Below are positions 58,761 through 64,000 of a stretch of DNA of 64,000 nucleotides, one piece after another; position 1 is the stretch's first letter; the number at the start of each line of letters is the position of its first letter. Both the position numbers and the translations under genes were made by a program. This DNA is from Candidatus Nomurabacteria bacterium (GTDB lineage Bacteria > Patescibacteriota > Minisyncoccia > Phycocordibacterales > UBA9973). Under the pieces are notes generated by a model. It made no database searches. It was not told the origin of the DNA and was given only the letters and a program-made list of their open reading frames with translations. The stretch spans positions 3,883-67,882 of the forward strand of contig JAPLXR010000004.1 in NCBI GenBank assembly GCA_026395955.1. The letters are read 5' to 3'.

Positions 58761-59543
58761 TTATATTTTAGTTAGAATTTCAGGTTCGTTATCTGTAATA
58801 GCGACAGTACATTCAAAATGTGCACTGCGTTTTTTGTCTACTGTTTTTATAGTCCAATCATCTTTTGCAATCATGACATTTTTTGATCCGAGGTTTAGCA
58901 TTGGCTCGATAGCTATAACCATTCCCTTTTTCAAAATAATTCCTGTTCCCTTTTTACCAAAGTTTGGTATGTATGGATCTTCGTGTATTTCTACTCCGAC
59001 ACCATGACCAGACAACACATCGACGATTCCGTATTTACCCGATTTAGGACTATTGGATTTTACAAAAGTCTCAATAGCATAACCGATATCCCCTACACGC
59101 GCTCCAGCCCTCGCAGCATCGATTCCGACATGCAAAGCTTGTTCTGTAACTTCTAACAACTTTTTGTCTTCAGCACTGATTTTACCGACAGGTACAGTTA
59201 GGGCCATATCTGTAAACATACCTTTGTGTTTTACTCCTAGATCAATACAAACAATATCACCTTCTACCAGAATATGATCTTTCTTCGGAATACCATGAAC
59301 AACTTCGTCATTTACAGATACACAGAGAGATGCTGGGAAAGGTTTCTTGGCCCCTGCCGGACGATAATTCAAAAAAGCCGGAGTATCACCATATTCACGG
59401 ATTAGTTTTTCTGCATACATATCTAAATCTTTTGTAGAAATACCTGGTTTTACAAAGTCTTTTACTTTATACAAAACAGTCGCGAGGTGTTTACCTCCTT
59501 CACGAATAATATTTATTTGTTCATCTGTCTTTATTATTATCAT
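58761..59543 (-). CDS. map: Methionine aminopeptidase type I
   Basis: SVNDEVVHGIP, GHGVG..IHEDP, AIEPM, SAHFE. Confidence 0.97.
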   Translation of the reverse strand: MIIIKTDEQINIIREGGKHLATVLYKVKDFVKPGISTKDLDMYAEKLIREYGDTPAFLNYRPAGAKKPFPASLCVSVNDEVVHGIPKKDHILVEGDIVCIDLGVKHKGMFTDMALTVPVGKISAEDKKLLEVTEQALHVGIDAARAGARVGDIGYAIETFVKSNSPKSGKYGIVDVLSGHGVGVEIHEDPYIPNFGKKGTGIILKKGMVIAIEPMLNLGSKNVMIAKDDWTIKTVDKKRSAHFECTVAITDNEPEILTKI

Positions 59544-60223
59544 TTTATTTTTGTTCCTATAAATTCTAAATTATTTAAGCAATTCTCTAAATTTTCTATA
59601 TTTTTACCATTTAATATTGCTACTTCTATACCCTCATCCTCTGCTATACCAGAAGCTATCGGATCAAAAGGAGTACTGAGTCCTGGATTCCATTCTTTTG
59701 GAATCAACTCTCTATATTCAGACCAAGAAATATTTTCCAATTTTTTTGCATCTGGGTATTTGTTTGGATCTTTGTCATAAGCAAAATCAATATTTGAAAG
59801 ATTAATAACTCTCTTTGCATTTATTGATTTAGCTAGAAGTACTGCATCATAATCTGTACTCCATCCTGGCTTCCAGCCTGCACCAATGACCAATGGTTTT
59901 TCAAAATTCACTGGTAACGTAGGGTCAGTAATTATTATTTCTTCTGCAATGCCTGTGAAAAATAATTCTAAAAACTCAGCATTCAAACGAGTGGAATATA
60001 TTCCAAGCCAGTCTAAGTGCTCGAGTGATGGATTAGATATTTCCTTCAATGCTGATTGGTATTTTCTAGCTGTCTTCCCTCCTCCTGTAATTATAATAAA
60101 CTTCTTACCTTTTTCTATTTGAGACAAAATTATTTTTTTAAATTCTGTCAGAAAATCAATATCGATCTCATTTGGGACTATTAGTGAACCTCCGAGAGAA
60201 ATAATGATTTTTTCTTGTTCCAT
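59540..60223 (-). CDS. pyrH: UMP kinase (archaeal-type)
   Basis: ISLGGS, TGGGKTARKY, PGWSTDYDA, PFDPIA. Confidence 0.92.
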   Translation of the reverse strand: MEQEKIIISLGGSLIVPNEIDIDFLTEFKKIILSQIEKGKKFIIITGGGKTARKYQSALKEISNPSLEHLDWLGIYSTRLNAEFLELFFTGIAEEIIITDPTLPVNFEKPLVIGAGWKPGWSTDYDAVLLAKSINAKRVINLSNIDFAYDKDPNKYPDAKKLENISWSEYRELIPKEWNPGLSTPFDPIASGIAEDEGIEVAILNGKNIENLENCLNNLEFIGTKIK

Positions 60224-60224
60224 G

Positions 60225-60818
60225 TTAATTTTGAAAATTTAAAGATTTAATAATGTCTTTTGAAACTTCTTCGATGGTTTGGTGACCATTGATATCGTGG
60301 ATTACATAATTACTATTTACTCTAAAGTATTCCATTGCTGGTAAAACTTTATTAAAGTATTCGTTACAACGATTTTCAATAGCACTTGTATTGTCATCAG
60401 CTCTCGCACGGAGCAACATTCTCTTTAAAGCTTCTTCTTTACTAACTTGAATATTTATAATATGAATATTTTTTCTACCATAGAAATTCATAGCTTTTTC
60501 AAAAAATTCTGATTGTACAATACTACGAGGGTATCCATCTGTAATAATATGATTATCTTCTGAAATAGTATTTATTAAAAGATTCATAAAAACAGAATTT
60601 GTGAGGAAGTCTGGCTGTAACCCTCCTTCATTTAGAACTTTTCTAACCAAATCAGCTGTCTGACTGTGTGTCTCTACTATTTTTCGATATTCATTACCTG
60701 TATAAGCATGAATAATCTCTTTATTATCCTTGGATTTCAAGAAATCTATAAGTAACTGTATTTGTGTCCCCTTTCCAGAGCCAGCGATACCAAAGAATAC
60801 GAATGTTTGTGATTGCAT
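60225..60818 (-). CDS. adk: Adenylate kinase family protein
   Basis: GIAGSGKGTQ, DGYPRS, RARADD; between secY and map; start moved to MQSQ at 60818. Confidence 0.85.
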   Translation of the reverse strand: MQSQTFVFFGIAGSGKGTQIQLLIDFLKSKDNKEIIHAYTGNEYRKIVETHSQTADLVRKVLNEGGLQPDFLTNSVFMNLLINTISEDNHIITDGYPRSIVQSEFFEKAMNFYGRKNIHIINIQVSKEEALKRMLLRARADDNTSAIENRCNEYFNKVLPAMEYFRVNSNYVIHDINGHQTIEEVSKDIIKSLNFQN

Positions 60819-60855
60819 ATACACAGAATACAGGATTTTAAACACTAAATCAATG

Positions 60856-60921
60856 ACCCCTCCCCGACTTCGTCACCCCTCCCCATTTTTGTAAAAAATG
60901 GGGAGGGGTTTTGGGTGAGGT
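60856..60921. repeat. REP-like element, family A
   Basis: cccctccccatttttgtaaaaaatggggagggg followed by tgggtgagg. Confidence 0.65.
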
Positions 60922-60986
60922 AGACTTTAGCAAGAATTATGTTAATATTATAAGTAATATAAATAGCTCATTATAAAAACAAACAA

Positions 60987-61553
60987 ATGAAAAAGAAACA
61001 CATAATTACAATAGCTGGTGACCTAGGAAGTGGTAAATCAAGTACTGCAAAAGGTGAAGCTGAATTACTTGAATACAAACACTTCTCTTCTGGGGATTTT
61101 ATGCGTGAAGTTGGTTTAAAAAAGAACGTTAATTTAATGGAACGTTCAGAACAAGCTGAAAAAGACAAATCAATTGATGAAGAGATTGACGAAAAAATTC
61201 GAGAAGTTGGTAAAGGTGACAATCTAGTAATAGATTCTCGTCTAGCCTATCATTGGATTCCTGAGTCTTTCAAGGTTTACTTAAAGCTTGATCCTGAAAT
61301 TGCTAAAAAAAGGATTTTTGAGGACTTAAATAACAATCCTTTACGTAAAGAAAGTGAAGGATCTCAATCTGAAGAAGAAATTTATCAAAAAATTATCAAA
61401 CGCAGAGAAAGTGAAAAAAAGAGATACAAAGAAATATACAATCTCGACCATACTGATCCGAAAAACTTTGATTTGGTTGTAGATACAAGTAAACACAACC
61501 TTGAAGAGGTTATCCAAATAATAAAAGACGAATATATTAATTGGTTAAGATAA
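60987..61553 (+). CDS. cmk: Cytidylate kinase (archaeal-type)
   Basis: ITIAGDLGSGKS, SGDFMRE, IDSRL, SEKKRYKEIY, DLVVDTS. Confidence 0.85.
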   Translation: MKKKHIITIAGDLGSGKSSTAKGEAELLEYKHFSSGDFMREVGLKKNVNLMERSEQAEKDKSIDEEIDEKIREVGKGDNLVIDSRLAYHWIPESFKVYLKLDPEIAKKRIFEDLNNNPLRKESEGSQSEEEIYQKIIKRRESEKKRYKEIYNLDHTDPKNFDLVVDTSKHNLEEVIQIIKDEYINWLR

Positions 61554-61596
61554 TAAACAAAAAATCCCCTTTCGGGGATTTTTTAATTTATTTAAA

Positions 61597-62868
61597 TTAG
61601 TATTCTCTCATTGAGATTTGAGCGTCTACCTTCTTTATAAGGTCTAGGACAACAGAAACAACAATAAGGAGTGCTGTACCACCCATAGCGATAGCTGTGA
61701 TACCTGTAAGTGAACGCATGATGAGTGGGAGGATAGCGATGAGTCCGAGGAAGATAGCACCAAGCAATGTAATACGATTCAATACTTTAGAGATATAAGC
61801 ACTTGTACTTGCTCCTGGACGAATTCCTGGAATAAATGCTCCGTTCTTTTGTAAGTTTTCAGACAACGCTTCTGGGTCGAAAGTTACAGCTGTGTAGAAG
61901 TATGTGAAAAGGAAAACAAGAACGAAATACAAAACCATATACAACCATGTCCCTTGAGTAAATGAAACTAAAGCATGTGATAGAGAGAGCACCCAAGCAT
62001 GTGTAGATGTAGATAATACATTACCGATCATTTGTGGGAAAAGGAGTATAGACAAAGCAAAGATTATAGGAATAACTCCAGCTTGGTTTACGCGAAGTGG
62101 TAAATAAGTACTTCCTCCTGCTGTTGAAGATATTCCACGAACTTGTTTTGCATAAGTCACAGGTATTGGATGTTCTGCTTCTGTGATAACAACAACACCA
62201 GCAATAACAATTATTCCTAGAACTAGGAAAATTATAAATAAAGGAATTTGAGAAACATCAAAAGAGAATAACATTTGACTAACGTGACTAGGAATATTTG
62301 CGATAATACCAGCAAAGATTATAAGTGATACACCATTACCAATACCGAATTCAGAAATTAATTCCCCAATCCACATAAGCAATATTGAACCAGCTATTAC
62401 TACGATCAAGTTTGAAGCCATTTGGAAGCCAGTAAGTTGACCTAAAATATTTTGACGAGCGAGTAGTGTCAAAAGTCCGAAACCTTGAATAGCAGCTAGA
62501 GGTACAGCTATGAGACGTGAGTATTGAGTAAATTTCTTTCTTCCTGCTTCACCTTCTTCGTTATAAAGAGCTTTGAACTTTGGAACCATGATAGTCAAAA
62601 GTTGCATGATAATACTAGAAGTAATATATGGACCAACACCGAGCATTATTATAGAAAGATTTGTAAGTCCACCTCCAGAGAAAATATTTAATACTCCTAG
62701 AAATTGGTTATTTGAAATAAAACGAGAGAGGGCTACAGCATCGATACCAGGTATCGGAATAGTTGCGAGTAATCTGAATGTTACCAAAGCACCAATAACA
62801 AAAAGAATTCTTTTCCTTAAAGACTTGTCTTGGAAAACTACTTTTACTTTACTGATGAAATTTTGCAT
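61597..62868 (-). CDS. secY: Preprotein translocase subunit SecY
   Basis: LGVGPYITSSII, GIGNGVSLIIF, GAFIPGIRPG, GGTALLIVV. Confidence 0.99.
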   Translation of the reverse strand: MQNFISKVKVVFQDKSLRKRILFVIGALVTFRLLATIPIPGIDAVALSRFISNNQFLGVLNIFSGGGLTNLSIIMLGVGPYITSSIIMQLLTIMVPKFKALYNEEGEAGRKKFTQYSRLIAVPLAAIQGFGLLTLLARQNILGQLTGFQMASNLIVVIAGSILLMWIGELISEFGIGNGVSLIIFAGIIANIPSHVSQMLFSFDVSQIPLFIIFLVLGIIVIAGVVVITEAEHPIPVTYAKQVRGISSTAGGSTYLPLRVNQAGVIPIIFALSILLFPQMIGNVLSTSTHAWVLSLSHALVSFTQGTWLYMVLYFVLVFLFTYFYTAVTFDPEALSENLQKNGAFIPGIRPGASTSAYISKVLNRITLLGAIFLGLIAILPLIMRSLTGITAIAMGGTALLIVVSVVLDLIKKVDAQISMREY

Positions 62869-62877
62869 ATGTTTTTA

Positions 62878-63318
62878 TTATTTAGCTACTACTTCCCCGC
62901 CAGCCTTTTCGATCATTTCTTTTGCACTAGATGAAACACTACAATTAGATACTTGGATTTTAATTCCAAATTTTTCTTTACCACTTAAGATTTTAACTTT
63001 AGGAGTGAAACCTTTTACTTTTTTGATAGCTTTCTTTTCGAGTAAGATTGCAGGTGTTATAGCTCCACCAGCTGAAAAAGCTTTTGCTATAGCATCGAGA
63101 GAGATGTGTACAGGCTTTACTTCAAAAGAATGAGCACGGTATCCACGAAGTTTAGGTAATTTCTTGATGATATCACGGAGCTCTGGGCGTTTTTTGTTAC
63201 CAGCACGTGAACTTTGTCCTTTTGTACCACGGCCTGAAGTCTTAGCGTGTTTACCACCGCGTCCTACGATGCGATCCCCTTTATTCTTATGTACTCTTTT
63301 TAAATCGTGTATTTGCAT
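62878..63318 (-). CDS. rplO: 50S ribosomal protein L15
   Basis: VGRGG..KTSGRGTKGQ, KLPKLRG, IEKAGG. Confidence 0.97.
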   Translation of the reverse strand: MQIHDLKRVHKNKGDRIVGRGGKHAKTSGRGTKGQSSRAGNKKRPELRDIIKKLPKLRGYRAHSFEVKPVHISLDAIAKAFSAGGAITPAILLEKKAIKKVKGFTPKVKILSGKEKFGIKIQVSNCSVSSSAKEMIEKAGGEVVAK

Positions 63319-63334
63319 ATAATTTATATTAAAA

Positions 63335-63904
63335 CTAATTTATACTTGGCTTCTCTGTCAAAGCAACTGGAGCTTCAACTTCTGCTGTAAATCTAGGTGT
63401 TTTTACTGCTACTTGTGACAATGCAACTATAACAGCTTTTGAGTTGTTTAATTTGTTTTTTGTACCTCCGTGGATCTTTGCAGTAATGTCTTTTACTCCA
63501 GCGATATTTAAAATATCACGAACAACAGAACCTGCTACCATTCCACGTCCGTGGTTTGGCATAATAGAAACTTGTGAACTTGAGAATTTTGCAGAAACTT
63601 CATGAGGAATAGACAAAGTTTTTGTAAGCTTTAGCTTGATCATGTTTTTCTTTGCAGAACGGAGAGCTTTGTTGATAGCCATTGATGTGTCTCCTGATTT
63701 ACCGAGACCTAGACCTACTGAACCTTTCTTGTCCCCTGCTACTAGAGCAACAGAGAAAGAGAAACGACGTCCTCCTGCGACAACACGTGTCACACGACGA
63801 ATATCAATAATCTTTTGATCAAATTCTGGCTTTGGTCTGTCGAAAGAAGATGGTCGGCGACCTCCTCGTGTATTTGTATTTCTTTGTTGTGTAGTATTTT
63901 CCAT
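63335..63904 (-). CDS. rpsE: 30S ribosomal protein S5
   Basis: RRVTRVVAGGRRFSF, VGLGLGK. Confidence 0.98.
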   Translation of the reverse strand: MENTTQQRNTNTRGGRRPSSFDRPKPEFDQKIIDIRRVTRVVAGGRRFSFSVALVAGDKKGSVGLGLGKSGDTSMAINKALRSAKKNMIKLKLTKTLSIPHEVSAKFSSSQVSIMPNHGRGMVAGSVVRDILNIAGVKDITAKIHGGTKNKLNNSKAVIVALSQVAVKTPRFTAEVEAPVALTEKPSIN

Positions 63905-63913
63905 AATTGTGTA

Positions 63914-64000
63914 TTAAAAAACTAATCCTGCTGCACGAGCTGCATCAGCGATAACTTTAATGCGACCTGTATATTTAAAACCATTTCTATCAAAAACAAC
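63914..64000 (-). CDS. rplR: 50S ribosomal protein L18, C-terminal part
   Basis: VVFDRNGFKYTGRIKVIADAARAAGLVF*. Confidence 0.95.
   Translation of the reverse strand, partial: VVFDRNGFKYTGRIKVIADAARAAGLVF

Noticed and set aside
52032-61584. Repeated aaaaatcccc-tttc-ggggattttt as CRISPR repeats or mobile elements
   Set aside because: Dispersed single hairpins at gene ends without spacers; best explained as stereotyped intrinsic terminators

Overview
AT-rich chromosomal segment of a Patescibacteria/CPR bacterium, most likely Parcubacteria. Evidence: no rpmD between rpsE and rplO, alpha2-type GlyRS, archaeal-type PyrH and Cmk, no obvious Shine-Dalgarno sites, and a VirD4-like ATPase. It is mostly housekeeping: rplJL, ftsK, recA, efp, rpsF-ssb-rpsR, metG, glyS, ftsH, smpB-tmRNA, infC-rpmI-rplT, ndk, map, pyrH, adk, cmk, and the end of the spc operon. 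It also holds a very AT-rich surface-glycan locus next to an S-layer-like gene, a Bacteroidota-type T9SS-CTD protein and several orphans. No CRISPR array, prophage or transposase was seen. The most interesting signals are: (1) a putative HTH-protein gene divergent from ftsK whose own coding sequence is packed with a frame-independent AAGGACA/TGTCCTT motif; (2) a stand-alone ~130-nt structured ncRNA with its own promoter and terminator; (3) a tRNA-Ile(UAU) ending 1 nt before the ATG of a P-type ATPase; (4) pervasive -10 boxes 6-8 nt before start codons, suggesting leaderless mRNAs; (5) recurring GUCG(A)-loop hairpins in 5' leaders; (6) a Wzt-coiled-coil-GT2-GT2 fusion; (7) several small repeat families. 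All counts and pairings were done by eye.
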